Below, in pieces: positions 31,920 to 41,928 of a stretch of DNA of 64,000 bases (positions within the stretch are counted from its first letter, which is position 1; the number at the start of each line of letters is the position of its first letter). Position numbers and translations under genes: made by a program. The notes under the pieces were generated by a model, which was given only the letters and a program-made list of their open reading frames with translations, made no database searches and had not been told where the DNA came from. The DNA comes from an uncultured Acidimicrobiaceae bacterium (GTDB lineage Bacteria; Actinomycetota; Acidimicrobiia; Acidimicrobiales; Bog-793), in contig CAWDPZ010000025.1 of NCBI GenBank assembly GCA_963804265.1, positions 44,869 through 108,868 of the forward strand, read 5' to 3'.

Positions 31920-33742
31920 GCTCGCACGCGTCGTGGCGTGGCATCGCCGCCGAGGAGCTCGACAACGTCCCGTCGTCCTGGACGGGCCTTTTGCGCAGGC
32001 GGACGCGTCACCTGCTCGGTTCGCTCGCGGCGCCGCACCGCCGGGCGATCTTCTGGCTGGCCGTGGCGATCCTCGTGTCCAACCTGGCCGCGACGGCGGT
32101 TCCGTACCTCGTCGGGCTCGGGATCGATCGCGGGGTCGCCGCCGTCCGCCACGACGACTACGTGCCGATCGTCGTGATCACGGTCCTGATCCTCGCCTGC
32201 GCGGTCGTCCAGGCCGTCGGTTACCGGGTGTTCGTGGCCGGCTCAGGAAAGGTGGGACAAGAGGTCCTGCTCGAGCTCAGAGAGCGCGTGTTCGGCCAGT
32301 TCCAGCGGCTCAGCCTGGCCTTTCACGAGCGGTACACCACCGGGCGGATGATCTCCCGCCTGACCTCGGACTTCGAGTCGATCAACGACATGTTCACCCT
32401 CGGGCTCGACACCCTGGTCAACGCCGCGCTCTCGGTCGTGAGCGTCGGCGTCATCCTGCTCGTGCTCGACCTTCCCCTGGGTCTGGTCTGTCTGTCGGGG
32501 TTCATCCCGCTCTTTTTCTTGACGAGGTGGTACCAGCGCGAATCGACGGCTGCCTACCGCAACACGCGCAATGCGATCGCGCTCGTCATCGTCCACTTCA
32601 CCGAGTCGCTCCGGGGGATCCGGGCGGTGCACGCCTTTCGGCGTCAGCCCCGCAACGACGAGATCTTCGGGCAGCTGTCGGAGGGTTACCGCGCCGCGAT
32701 GACGCGCTCGTTCCAGCTCCTCGGCATCTACTGGCCCGGGATCGTGCTCGTCGGCAATCTCACGACCGCCGCCGTGCTGCTCTACGGCGGCTCCAGGGTG
32801 ATCGACCACCAGATGCAAGTGGGCGTGCTGGCCGCGTTCGTGCTCTATCTCCGCCGCTTCTTCGAGCCGCTGGCCGAGGTGAGCCAGTTCTACGACTCCT
32901 TCCAGGCCGCCGCCGCAGGCCTCGAGAAGCTGGCCGGCGTGCTCGACGAGACACCAGGCGTGGCGATGCCCGAGCGCGGGGCCGTCGTTCCCGACGAGGG
33001 CCTCAAGGGAGCGGTCGAGTTCCGCAACGTGCGCTTCGGGTACCGCGACGGGACCGACATCCTCTCCGGATTCGACCTGCGTCGTGCCGGCCGGTCAGAC
33101 CGTTGCCCTGCTCGGCGCCACAGGGGCGGGCAAGAGCACCGTGGCGCGGTTGCTGGCCCGCTTCTACGACCCGCTCGAGGGCGAGGTGTCTATCGACGGC
33201 ATCTCGCTCAAGGACCTCGACGAGACGTCCCTTCACAGCGCGGTCGCCATGGTCACCCAGGAGAGCTTCCTCTTTTCGGGCACGGTGGCGGAGAACATAG
33301 CGTTCGGGTCGCCGGCGGCCACCGAGGCGGAGATCGCCGCAGCCGGTCGCGCGGTTGGTGTCGACGCGGTCGTGGCCTCACTCGGGGCGGGCTACGGGAG
33401 CGACGTGGGCAAGCAAGGCTCCCGGCTGTCGGCCGGCCAGCGCCAGCTCGTGGCCCTCGCCCGGGCTTGCTCGCCGACCCCGCCGTCCTGATCCTCGACG
33501 AGGCGAGCTCGTCGCTCGACGCGCCGATGGAGCGTCTTGTCCAATCGGCCCTCAGGACCGTTCTTGCCGGCCGGACGGCGGTGATCATCGCCCACCGGCT
33601 TTCCACGGTCGAGATCGCCGACCGGGTCCTCGTCGTCGAGTCCGGGCAGATCGTCGAGGACGGACCGCCCGCGCAGCTGCTGGCCGAGGGGTCCGGCCAC
33701 TACGCGGCCCTCTACGAGGCGTGGCGCGAGAGTCTCATCTGA
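31916..33742 (+). CDS. ABC exporter, TMD-NBD half 2; frameshifts near 33080 and 33465
   Basis: GRMISRLTSD, GATGAGKST, LSAGQRQL, ILDEASS, IAHRLST. Confidence 0.88.
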   Translation: MSSHASWRGIAAEELDNVPSSWTGLLRRRTRHLLGSLAAPHRRAIFWLAVAILVSNLAATAVPYLVGLGIDRGVAAVRHDDYVPIVVITVLILACAVVQAVGYRVFVAGSGKVGQEVLLELRERVFGQFQRLSLAFHERYTTGRMISRLTSDFESINDMFTLGLDTLVNAALSVVSVGVILLVLDLPLGLVCLSGFIPLFFLTRWYQRESTAAYRNTRNAIALVIVHFTESLRGIRAVHAFRRQPRNDEIFGQLSEGYRAAMTRSFQLLGIYWPGIVLVGNLTTAAVLLYGGSRVIDHQMQVGVLAAFVLYLRRFFEPLAEVSQFYDSFQAAAAGLEKLAGVLDETPGVAMPERGAVVPDEGLKGAVEFRNVRFGYRDGTDILSGFDLRRAGRSDRCPARRHRGGQEHRGAVAGPLLRPARGRGVYRRHLAQGPRRDVPSQRGRHGHPGELPLFGHGGGEHSVRVAGGHRGGDRRSRSRGWCRRGRGLTRGGLRERRGQARLPAVGRPAPARGPRPGLLADPAVLILDEASSSLDAPMERLVQSALRTVLAGRTAVIIAHRLSTVEIADRVLVVESGQIVEDGPPAQLLAEGSGHYAALYEAWRESLI

Positions 33743-33797
33743 TCGCGCACTCCCGCAGGCGAGCAGGTGGCGAAGAGCACGAACGATCGGGCTCGAG

Positions 33798-33811
33798 GTG
33801 ACAAATGTCAC
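33798..33811. promoter_or_regulatory. DesR-type response regulator binding palindrome
   Basis: GTGACA-AA-TGTCAC about 60 bp upstream of the ABC-DesKR operon. Confidence 0.65.
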
Positions 33812-33869
33812 GAGGAAGTCGTGAGGCTGCCCACTGCCGGAAAGAAGGGCGCGCTGGGAAACTCGAGTC

Positions 33870-34822
33870 ATGGTGAGAACGAACGATCCTCCTTTGGGTG
33901 TGTGTATTTCCGCCCTGACCAAGTCCTACGGCTCCGTGCAGGCGGTGCGCGGGGTCGACTTGTCGATCGCGCCCGGTGAGACCGTCGCGCTTCTCGGCCC
34001 GAACGGCGCCGGGAAGACGACGACTATCGACCTCGTGCTCGGGCTCGCTCGCCCCGATCGAGGAGCCGTGTCGGTGTTCGGCCAATCTCCCTTGCAGGCA
34101 GTCAAGGCCGGAGCCATGGGCGCGATGCTCCAGACCGGCACCCTCATCGAGTACTTGAGCGTGCGAGAGCTGGTCACGATGGTCGCCTCGCTGTACCCCC
34201 GTCCGCTCGAGGTGAACGAGGTCCTCAGGCTCACCGGCATCGACGACATCGCCGACCGGCCGGCGGCGAAGCTCTCGGGTGGACAGACCCAACGGGTGCG
34301 CTTTGCCATCGCTCTCGTCGGCGATCCCGGTCTGCTCGTGCTCGACGAGCCGACCGTCGCGCTCGACGTCGAAGGTCGTCACGACTTCTGGGTCGTCATG
34401 CGCTCGGTCGCCGCCCGAGGAAAGACGGTCCTGTTCGCGACCCACTACCTCGAGGAGGCGGACGCGTATTCTGATCGGATCGTCCTCATGGCGAGAGGAC
34501 GTATCGTCGCCGACGGCCCCCCGACCGAGATCAAGTCGAAGGTCGGGGGCAAGATGATCCGGGCGACGCTCCCCGACGCGAGCCTCGAGCGTCTCGCAAA
34601 GCTCCCCGGTGTGGCCAAGGCCGAGCTGCGCGGCGATTCGGTGAGCTTGGCCTGCCAGAGCTCTGACTCGTCGGACAGGGCACTTCGCGAGCTCCTCCTC
34701 AGATTCCCCGCGGCTCAGACATCGAGGTCCGCGGTGCAGGACTCGAAGAGGCGTTCTTGGAGCTGACCGCAGACGACGATGACTCCCAGATCCAAGCCGA
34801 ACAAGTCGGGGAAGTGCGATGA
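33870..34822 (+). CDS. ABC-2 type ATP-binding protein (YvfR-like); frameshift near 34710
   Basis: GPNGAGKTT, LSGGQTQR, LDEPT, THYLEEA; ends LEEAFLELT..EVR*. Confidence 0.9.
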
Positions 34823-35550
34823 GAATCTCCAAGTACACCCGTTTCGAGATCCTCCGGACTGTTCGTAGCCGCCGTTATCTCATATTCTCCCTGGCCTTTC
34901 CGCTCGTGTTGTTCTTCACGGTCGCGGGTCCGAATCGACATGCCCACCTCGATGGCATCTCCTTTCCCCTCTACTACATGACGGGAATGACGGCGTGGGG
35001 AACCATGGTCGCCGTGGTCTCGAGCGGAGGGCGCATCGCCGCGGAGCGCTCGGTCGGCTGGACCCGTCAGCTGAGGGTCACTCCGCTCAAGACCGGTACC
35101 TACTTCCGCGCCAAGGTGATGAGCGGCTACCTTATGGCCCTGCTGAGCATCCTGGCGATGTGCCTCGCAGGCTCGTTGCTCGGCGTGCGGCTGTCTGTCG
35201 CCCAGTGGGCGACGATGGTGGCTCTGGTGCTCGTCGGGCTTGTCCCATTCGCCGTGCTCGGGATTCTGTTCGGCCATCTGCTGAAGGTCGACTCCCTCGG
35301 GCCTGCCTTGGGCGGGAGCACGTCGCTGCTGGCGCTGCTCGGGGGCGCATATGGTCCCCTTGCGAGCTCAGGCGTCTTCCTCGCCCTCGCCAAGTGCCTT
35401 CCGTCGTACTGGCTCGTCCAAGCGGCCAAGTCGGCGCTCGGCCCGAGCGGTTGGCCGCCCGTCGAAGCCTGGATCGTGATCGCCGCCTGGACGGCGGTCC
35501 TCGCCTGGATCGCACAACGTGTCTACCAGCGCGACACGGCGCGGGTCTGA
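34819..35550 (+). CDS. ABC-2 type permease (YvfS-like)
   Basis: IAAERSVGWTRQLRVTPL, LPSYW; six hydrophobic segments. Confidence 0.9.
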   Translation: MRISKYTRFEILRTVRSRRYLIFSLAFPLVLFFTVAGPNRHAHLDGISFPLYYMTGMTAWGTMVAVVSSGGRIAAERSVGWTRQLRVTPLKTGTYFRAKVMSGYLMALLSILAMCLAGSLLGVRLSVAQWATMVALVLVGLVPFAVLGILFGHLLKVDSLGPALGGSTSLLALLGGAYGPLASSGVFLALAKCLPSYWLVQAAKSALGPSGWPPVEAWIVIAAWTAVLAWIAQRVYQRDTARV

Positions 35551-35551
35551 G

Positions 35552-36745
35552 GTGTCAGGCTCCCCTGGAGTGGAGCCCCCGGTAGCCTTCCCGAAGATGG
35601 ATGCTGACCGGCGTTTTGCAGGTCCCGCCGAGGCCGCCTGGGTCGCGAACCAGCGCAAATGGACGCGTGGCTGGCGCGGCGTGGTGTTCCCCGGGATCTT
35701 TCTCGTCTACCTCATCCAGGTCGTCGCCGGGGTGGCTCAGTACTCGCGGGGCATTGCCGCTGTGACCGGCTACGGCATCGTCGGGGTGTTCTGCGTCTGC
35801 TACCTGTTCACCTTGCCGGAGAGCTGGCAGGAGGCCTCGCGCCTTTTCTGGCCTCTGTACGGCACTCTCGTCGTACTTACTGCTCTCGAGCTGCCCTTCG
35901 CGCGCGCCGACGCGTTCGTGATGTTCGTGTTCATCGTCGTCCTCACGGTCGCGCGCTTCGGCGGGCGCGCGGCACCGATCGTGGTTGTCCTCGCCCTCAT
36001 CGCCGTCTTCGCCCCGCTGGCGTTTCCTTCGTGGCACGACAACCTCGCCTCGTCGGTCGACAACGGCGCGGCGATCGCGATCCCGATGGTCGCCCTCGCG
36101 ATGTTCGGCTTCTTCAACGTGATCCGCGGCAACCGCGCCCTCGCCGAGGCGCACGCCGAATTGGCGCGATTGGCCGCTGAGAACGAGCGTTCCCGCATCG
36201 CACACGACCTGCACGATCTTCTGGGCCACTCGCTCACGACGATAACGGTGAAGGCCGGCCTTGCCCGGCGGCTGGGGGCAACCGACCCAGAGGGAGCTCT
36301 GCGCGAGATAGCCGAGGTCGAAGCACTTGCCCGGCGTTCTCTTGCCGACGTGCGCGCGGCGGTCGCCAACTACCGCGAGGTGACCCTTGCCGGTGAGCTC
36401 GCGACCGGCCGGGAGCTTCTCCAGGCCGCCGGCGTCCTGGCCGACCTTCCCCAAGCTGTCGACGTCGTCGACCCTGCCTACCACGAGTTGTTCGGCTGGG
36501 TGGTTCGCGAAGGATTGACGAACGTCGTTCGCCACTCGCACGCCAGTACCTGTGTCGTGAGGCTGGCGCGCTCCGCAGTTGAGATAGTCGATGACGGGGT
36601 GGGGGGCGCCGCGGGCTCAGGATGTGGTCTCGCCGGTCTCCGCGAGCGGGTCGCCGCCGCGGGGGGAGTCGTCGACGCCGGCCCGAACGGAACGAAGGGC
36701 TGGCGACTGCGCGTCGAGTTCGCGACCGCCCCGGTCCTCGTGTGA
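35552..36745 (+). CDS. DesK-like sensor histidine kinase (HisKA_3)
   Basis: TM region; ERSRIAHDLHDLLGHSL; REGLTNVVRHS; DDGVG; GLAGLRER. Start uncertain (35552 or 35597). Confidence 0.92.
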   Translation: MSGSPGVEPPVAFPKMDADRRFAGPAEAAWVANQRKWTRGWRGVVFPGIFLVYLIQVVAGVAQYSRGIAAVTGYGIVGVFCVCYLFTLPESWQEASRLFWPLYGTLVVLTALELPFARADAFVMFVFIVVLTVARFGGRAAPIVVVLALIAVFAPLAFPSWHDNLASSVDNGAAIAIPMVALAMFGFFNVIRGNRALAEAHAELARLAAENERSRIAHDLHDLLGHSLTTITVKAGLARRLGATDPEGALREIAEVEALARRSLADVRAAVANYREVTLAGELATGRELLQAAGVLADLPQAVDVVDPAYHELFGWVVREGLTNVVRHSHASTCVVRLARSAVEIVDDGVGGAAGSGCGLAGLRERVAAAGGVVDAGPNGTKGWRLRVEFATAPVLV

Positions 36746-36786
36746 CCGCCCCGGTCCTCGCATGACCGCCCCGGTCCTCGCATGAC
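36721..36786 (+). repeat. 20-bp tandem repeat x3 at the kinase/regulator junction
   Basis: cgcGACCGCCCCGGTCCTCG / tgtGACCGCCCCGGTCCTCG / catGACCGCCCCGGTCCTCG / catGAC. Confidence 0.95.
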
Positions 36787-37390
36787 GATCCGTATCCTTG
36801 TCGCCGATGACCAGGAGCTGATCCGCTCGGCCCTGTCCGCGCTGCTCGATCTCGAAGAGGACTTCGAGGTGGTGGCGGCCGTCGGCAGCGGCGACGAGGT
36901 GGTCGCCGCTGCGAAGGCCCATCGACCGGACGTCGCGTTGCTCGACATCCAGATGCCCGGCATCGACGGCCTGGCTGTGGCGGCCGTGCTCGCACAGGAG
37001 GTGCCCGGGTGCCGATCGTTGATTGTCACCACGTTCGGGCGCCCCGGCTACCTGCGGCGCGCCATGGAGTCGGGTGCGTCCGGCTTCGTCGTGAAGGACG
37101 CCCCTCCTGAGCAGCTGGCGGACGCGATCCGTCGCGTCGCGGCGGGCGAACGGGTGGTCGATCCGGTGCTGGCGGCTAGCGCACTCGCGGACGGCCTATC
37201 GCCTCTCACCGCCCGCGAGCGGGACGTGCTCGTGGCGGCGCGCTCGGGTGCGACCGTCCCGGAGATCTCCCGGATGCTGTTCTTGTCCGAGGGCACGGTT
37301 CGCAACTACCTGTCGTCGGCGATCGCGAAGTCCGGCGCCCGTAATCGCACGGAAGCTGTACGGACAGCAGACAGGCAGGGTTGGCTCTAA
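36782..37390 (+). CDS. NarL/DesR family response regulator
   Basis: ADDQ, LLDIQMP, TTFGRPGYLRRA, LTARERDVL..LSEGTVRNYLS. Confidence 0.95.
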   Translation: MTIRILVADDQELIRSALSALLDLEEDFEVVAAVGSGDEVVAAAKAHRPDVALLDIQMPGIDGLAVAAVLAQEVPGCRSLIVTTFGRPGYLRRAMESGASGFVVKDAPPEQLADAIRRVAAGERVVDPVLAASALADGLSPLTARERDVLVAARSGATVPEISRMLFLSEGTVRNYLSSAIAKSGARNRTEAVRTADRQGWL

Positions 37391-37496
37391 GCCGAGGTGT
37401 CTGGCTAATTGCGAAGCGACCAGATAAGGTTTCCGTACTGTTACGACCTGAGGGCAAACGGGTGCCCTTAGTCAACCCAATAGGAGGGGAGTGTTC

Positions 37497-38715
37497 ATGA
37501 GGAAATTGCTCATGAAGGCCGGTATTCCGCTCGCTGCGGGAGCACTCGTGCTCTCTGCTTTCAGCGGTACGGCATTCGCGAACGCAAAGCATCCGGCCAC
37601 CGCAAAGCCGGTGTTCGACATCGCGTACGAGGGGCCGCTCTCGGGCGGGAACGCCCAGCTCGGCCTGAACATGGAGTACTCGGTCGAGCTCGCCATCAAC
37701 CAGGCGAACTCGGGCATGTCCCAGTTCGGCAAGCTTCCGTTCACCCTCGCCTTCGTCCACAAGGACGACCAGGGCTCGGCGACGGTCTCGCCGACGGACG
37801 CGCAGGAGCTGGTCGCCAACAAGTCCGTGCTCGGAGTCGTCGGCCCGGCTTTCTCCGGCGCCACCAAGGCTGCCGAGCCGACCTTCGACCGCGGCGCACC
37901 TCGCGACCGTGAGCCCGTCGGCGACCCTGCCGGCGCTGGCGCACAACGGATGGACGAACTTCTTCCGTGTCGTGGCCGATGACAGTGTCCAGGGGCCCGC
38001 CGACGCCAACTACGTCGTCAAGGTCCTCGGGCTCAAGAACGTCTACGTCGTCGACGACGCCAGCACCTACGGTGTCGGCCTCGCCAGCGCATTCGCCGGC
38101 CAGGCTCGTAAGGACGGGGCGAAGGTCACCACCAGCCACTTCCCCGGCACCACCCAGTGCAGCGACGGCACGGCAAGCCCCACGCAGTACCCGGACGACG
38201 CAGCCACGGTTGTGAGCGCCCACCCGCAGATGCTCTTCTACGGCGGCTACTACTGCGACCTCGGGCTGCTCGTCAGCGCCCTGCACAAGGACGGTTACAA
38301 GGGCAAGGTCATGAGCGGTGACGGAAGCGACAGCACCGCCCTCATCTCCGGCACCAACCCGCACAGCGCTGCCAACGGCGTCTACGCCACCTGCGCCTGC
38401 TCGGTGCTCGGCACGACCAAGGTCGACAAGGCCTTCGCCTCGGGCTTCAAGGCCCTCGCCCACTTCCCCGTCGGCATCTACTCGGCCGAGGCCTACGACG
38501 CCACCAACAGCATCATCGCTGTCATGAAGGGCATCGCGGGCTACGGGGGCGTAGCGCTGGAGACGCGCCAGAACATCGTCACCGGCCTGCACAAGCTCGT
38601 CTTCAAGGGCCTCACCAAGACGGTGTCGTTCCAGGCGAACGGCAACATCTCCGGCCAGGCCATCTTCATCAACCAAGTCCAGCACGGTGCTCTAGTCCAA
38701 CTCGGGCTCGCCTAG
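37497..38715 (+). CDS. livK: Branched-chain amino acid ABC substrate-binding protein; frameshift near 37895
   Basis: Signal peptide; GPLSGGNAQLG, DDQG, VVGPAFSG, SPSAT, FFRVVADD, EAYDA. Confidence 0.85.
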
Positions 38716-38733
38716 CACCAACCGCTCCTAGGG

Positions 38734-38775
38734 GACGAGCCGGGCATTCCGCCGCTGCGGGGTGCCCGGCTCGTT
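38734..38775 (+). terminator. Long GC-rich hairpin after the SBP gene (terminator or mRNA stabiliser)
   Basis: GACGAGCCGGGCATTCCGC-loop-GCGGGGTGCCCGGCTCGTT. Confidence 0.7.
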
Positions 38776-38845
38776 CGCGTAACTGGGCCGTGCGTCACCG
38801 ACTGAGTAGTCTGCTCCCCAAGGTTGAGGGGAGTGATCTGAACGC

Positions 38846-39793
38846 ATGCATTGTCCGGCGTTCATCGCGAACAACAACATCTGGGTGTCGCTCGTCGTTG
38901 GCGGTCTCGCCAACGGGTTCCTCTACACGCTCATCGCCCTCGGCTACACGCTCGTGTACGGGGTGCTCAGGCTGATCAACTTCGCCCACTCCGAGGTCGT
39001 CATGGCCGGGGGGTTCGGCGGGCTCTTCGCCATGCGAGCCGTGCTCGGCAACTCGACTCCCGCCGGGAGCGTGGCGATCTGGTTCATGCTCATCGGCATC
39101 GTTGCCGGCGCCGTCGCCGGCGGGGCGACCGCCTTCGTGCTCGAGCGGATCGCCTACCGACCCCTGCGCAAGCGCAACGCACCACGGCTGACCTACCTGA
39201 TCAGCGCCATCGGGGCGTCCTACTTCCTCTACAACCTCGCCGGCAAGGAGTTCGGGCGCTACACCGCCTTCATCCCGACCCCGCAGGTGATCAACGGCCA
39301 CGCCTTCTCCCTGTGCGGGGTCGGGGTCCAGTCCGACTGGATCCTGACCATGGTCACGGCGGTCGTGCTGCTCGTCGTTCTCGACCTGGTCGTGAACAAG
39401 ACCAAGCTCGGCAAGGGGATCCGGGCCGTCGCCCAGGACGCCGAGACGGCGAGCCTCATGGGTGTGCACATCGACCGCACGATCGCCCTCACCTTCGTCC
39501 TCGGCGGCCTGATGGGCGGCGCGGCCGGCTTCCTCTTCGGGCTTCAGTTCGGGGTCATCTACACGATGGGCTTCGTGCCCGGACTGAAGGCCTTCACCGC
39601 CGCCGTGCTCGGCGGCATCGGCAACATCCGCGGGGCGATGATCGGCGGTCTTCTTCTCGGGGTGTTCGAGAGCGTCCCTCTGCGCTGGATGTCGGCCGAG
39701 TGGCAGGACGTCATCGCTTTCGGAGTGCTCGTGGCGCTCCTCCTCTTCCGCCCGACGGGCATTCTCGGTGAGCGGCTCGGGAGAGAGGCATGA
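38846..39793 (+). CDS. livH: Branched-chain amino acid ABC permease
   Basis: YTLIALGYTLVYGVLRLINFAH, RAVAQD, KAFTAAVLGGIG. Confidence 0.92.
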   Translation: MHCPAFIANNNIWVSLVVGGLANGFLYTLIALGYTLVYGVLRLINFAHSEVVMAGGFGGLFAMRAVLGNSTPAGSVAIWFMLIGIVAGAVAGGATAFVLERIAYRPLRKRNAPRLTYLISAIGASYFLYNLAGKEFGRYTAFIPTPQVINGHAFSLCGVGVQSDWILTMVTAVVLLVVLDLVVNKTKLGKGIRAVAQDAETASLMGVHIDRTIALTFVLGGLMGGAAGFLFGLQFGVIYTMGFVPGLKAFTAAVLGGIGNIRGAMIGGLLLGVFESVPLRWMSAEWQDVIAFGVLVALLLFRPTGILGERLGREA

Positions 39794-41928
39794 GCGCCAC
39801 CGGGCCGGGTATCGAGGCCCAGCCCTTCGAGGGGACGGCCGACTCGGCTCCCCGGGTCCCGCGGTCCGCGCGGCTCGGCGGCGTCGGCGCCAGCCCGGCG
39901 ATGCGCCGGCTCGGCATGTGCGTGGCCGCCGCGCTCGTCGTCGCCGTCGTCACGGGTCCGCCCGGGTCGAACGGCGCGCCGACCTCGGGCTTTACCGGCT
40001 CGCTCGAAATTCCCAGGCTCTTCTGGTTCCTCGGCGTCGCGGTCGTGGTCTTCGCCTTCTTCTCGCTCTGGAGCGCGTTCGGCACGGCGGCGTCTTCGCG
40101 CGCCGCCCGCATCCGCGCCTGGACGCTCGAGATGACGTCGAAGCGTCGGATCCGGTTGGCCCTCTACCTGGCGATCGTCGCGATCGGCTTCATCTGGGTG
40201 TCGTGGATTGCGCCCGACGACACCTGGAAGGGGGGCGTGTGCATCCAGGCCGGCCTGGCGCTGGCCGCCATGGATCTCCTCGTCTACCTCTCCGAGTCGC
40301 GAAACCTGCGCGTGGCCCGGCTGGGAGGCTACGCGTGCCTGGCGCTGTACGGAGCGCTCGCGTGGATGCACAACGGCGTCGCGGCCTATCTGAACACGAT
40401 CGGAGCGGTCCCGCACCAGCACAACATCGGCCTCCTGCTCCTGTGGCTGGCGCTCTGCTTGACCGTGCTCGAAGGTCTCCTCGTCGCCCTCTCGATCGTC
40501 CGCAAGGCGATCGAGCCTCGCAGGTACCGGAGCCTCACCGGCCTCGCCGGCGTCGCCCTCGTCGCCTACGGATGCCTGATGTGGACGGGGTGGTCGTTCT
40601 GGCGGACATCGACTCCGCACTCGGTCGCCCACTGGTTCGCCTCCATCCACCTTTTGCCGCACGACCACTCGGCGGGTCTTGTCGTGATGGGCGTCGGCGC
40701 CGCCGTCCTCCTGGCGGCCGTCGCCTGGGTCGCGTCGGATCTCCTCGGCGGCTCAGCGCCGGAGCACGCCAGGTTCGAATTCACCGGGATCACCAAACAG
40801 GCCAAGTTCGCCTACGGGAAGACGGCCATCACGATCGCCGCCCTCCTCATCGCGGTCGAGTGGCCGCTCCACATGGATCCCGGCATCCAGTCCATCCTCA
40901 CGACGCAGGTCGCGATCTATGTGCTGCTTGCCATGGGCCTCAACGTCGTCGTCGGCTTCGCCGGCCTCCTCGACCTCGGGTATGTGGCGTTCTGGGCCAT
41001 CGGGGCCTACACGACGGCGTACTTCACCGGGGCGATGCCGATCCAGCCGCCCTTCCTCCTCAACCCGTTCTGGATCATCCCGTTCGCCATCGTGGCCGCG
41101 ATGCTCACCGGCGTTCTCATCGGGACCCCGACCCTCAGGCTGCGGGGCGACTATCTCGCAATCGTCACCCTGGGCTTCGGGGAGATAATCGAGATCGTCG
41201 CGAACAACCTCAACGGTGTCACAGGCGGTCCGGCGGGCACGCCTGGCTTCATACCGCAGTTCTCGGTTCACATCTTCTCGGTCCACTACGCCTGGACGGG
41301 AACCGTCCTGCCTTACTACTACCTCATCCTCGGGGTGGCGGTCGTCTTCATGGTCGCGTTCAGCTTCCTCGAGCATTCCCGGGTCGGGCGGTCTTGGACG
41401 GCCATTCGCGAGGACGAGGTCGCCGCCGACTCCATGGGCATCAACGCCTTGAAGTACAAGGTCATGGCCTTCGCCATCGGCGCCTCGACATCGGGGTTCG
41501 CGGGAGTCTTCTTCGCCAGCCAGGTGCAGAGCCTCGTGCCCAACGACTTCATCGTCCAGACCTCGATCCTCATCCTCGTCTTTGTCATCTTCGGCGGCAT
41601 GGGCTCGATCGCGGGCGCCGTCATCGGCGCCTTTTTGATCCAATGGCTGCCCCAGTACCTGCAGGTGCACTCCTTCCAGGACTACCAGTTCCAGGACGAG
41701 TTCATCTACCTAGGGGGCCTGCTCATCCTCCTCATGATCTTCCGCCCGCAGGGCATCATCCCCTCGCGCCGGCGCCGGCGCGAGATCCTGCTCACCGAGG
41801 AGGGCGTCGGCCACACCGACGCCCACGCGCCCGGTGGTCCCGTGCATCTCTCCTTCATTCCCCAGCCCTCGGACTACGGCAAGCTGTCCCTCGACGAGCC
41901 CGGCTACATAGGCCCGGAGACCGAATGA
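39790..41928 (+). CDS. livM: Branched-chain amino acid ABC permease with a large N-terminal membrane extension
   Basis: C-terminal half GLNVVVGFAGLLDLGY, LRLRGDYLAIVTLGFGE, AIREDE; about 340 extra N-terminal aa. Confidence 0.85.
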   Translation: MSATGPGIEAQPFEGTADSAPRVPRSARLGGVGASPAMRRLGMCVAAALVVAVVTGPPGSNGAPTSGFTGSLEIPRLFWFLGVAVVVFAFFSLWSAFGTAASSRAARIRAWTLEMTSKRRIRLALYLAIVAIGFIWVSWIAPDDTWKGGVCIQAGLALAAMDLLVYLSESRNLRVARLGGYACLALYGALAWMHNGVAAYLNTIGAVPHQHNIGLLLLWLALCLTVLEGLLVALSIVRKAIEPRRYRSLTGLAGVALVAYGCLMWTGWSFWRTSTPHSVAHWFASIHLLPHDHSAGLVVMGVGAAVLLAAVAWVASDLLGGSAPEHARFEFTGITKQAKFAYGKTAITIAALLIAVEWPLHMDPGIQSILTTQVAIYVLLAMGLNVVVGFAGLLDLGYVAFWAIGAYTTAYFTGAMPIQPPFLLNPFWIIPFAIVAAMLTGVLIGTPTLRLRGDYLAIVTLGFGEIIEIVANNLNGVTGGPAGTPGFIPQFSVHIFSVHYAWTGTVLPYYYLILGVAVVFMVAFSFLEHSRVGRSWTAIREDEVAADSMGINALKYKVMAFAIGASTSGFAGVFFASQVQSLVPNDFIVQTSILILVFVIFGGMGSIAGAVIGAFLIQWLPQYLQVHSFQDYQFQDEFIYLGGLLILLMIFRPQGIIPSRRRRREILLTEEGVGHTDAHAPGGPVHLSFIPQPSDYGKLSLDEPGYIGPETE

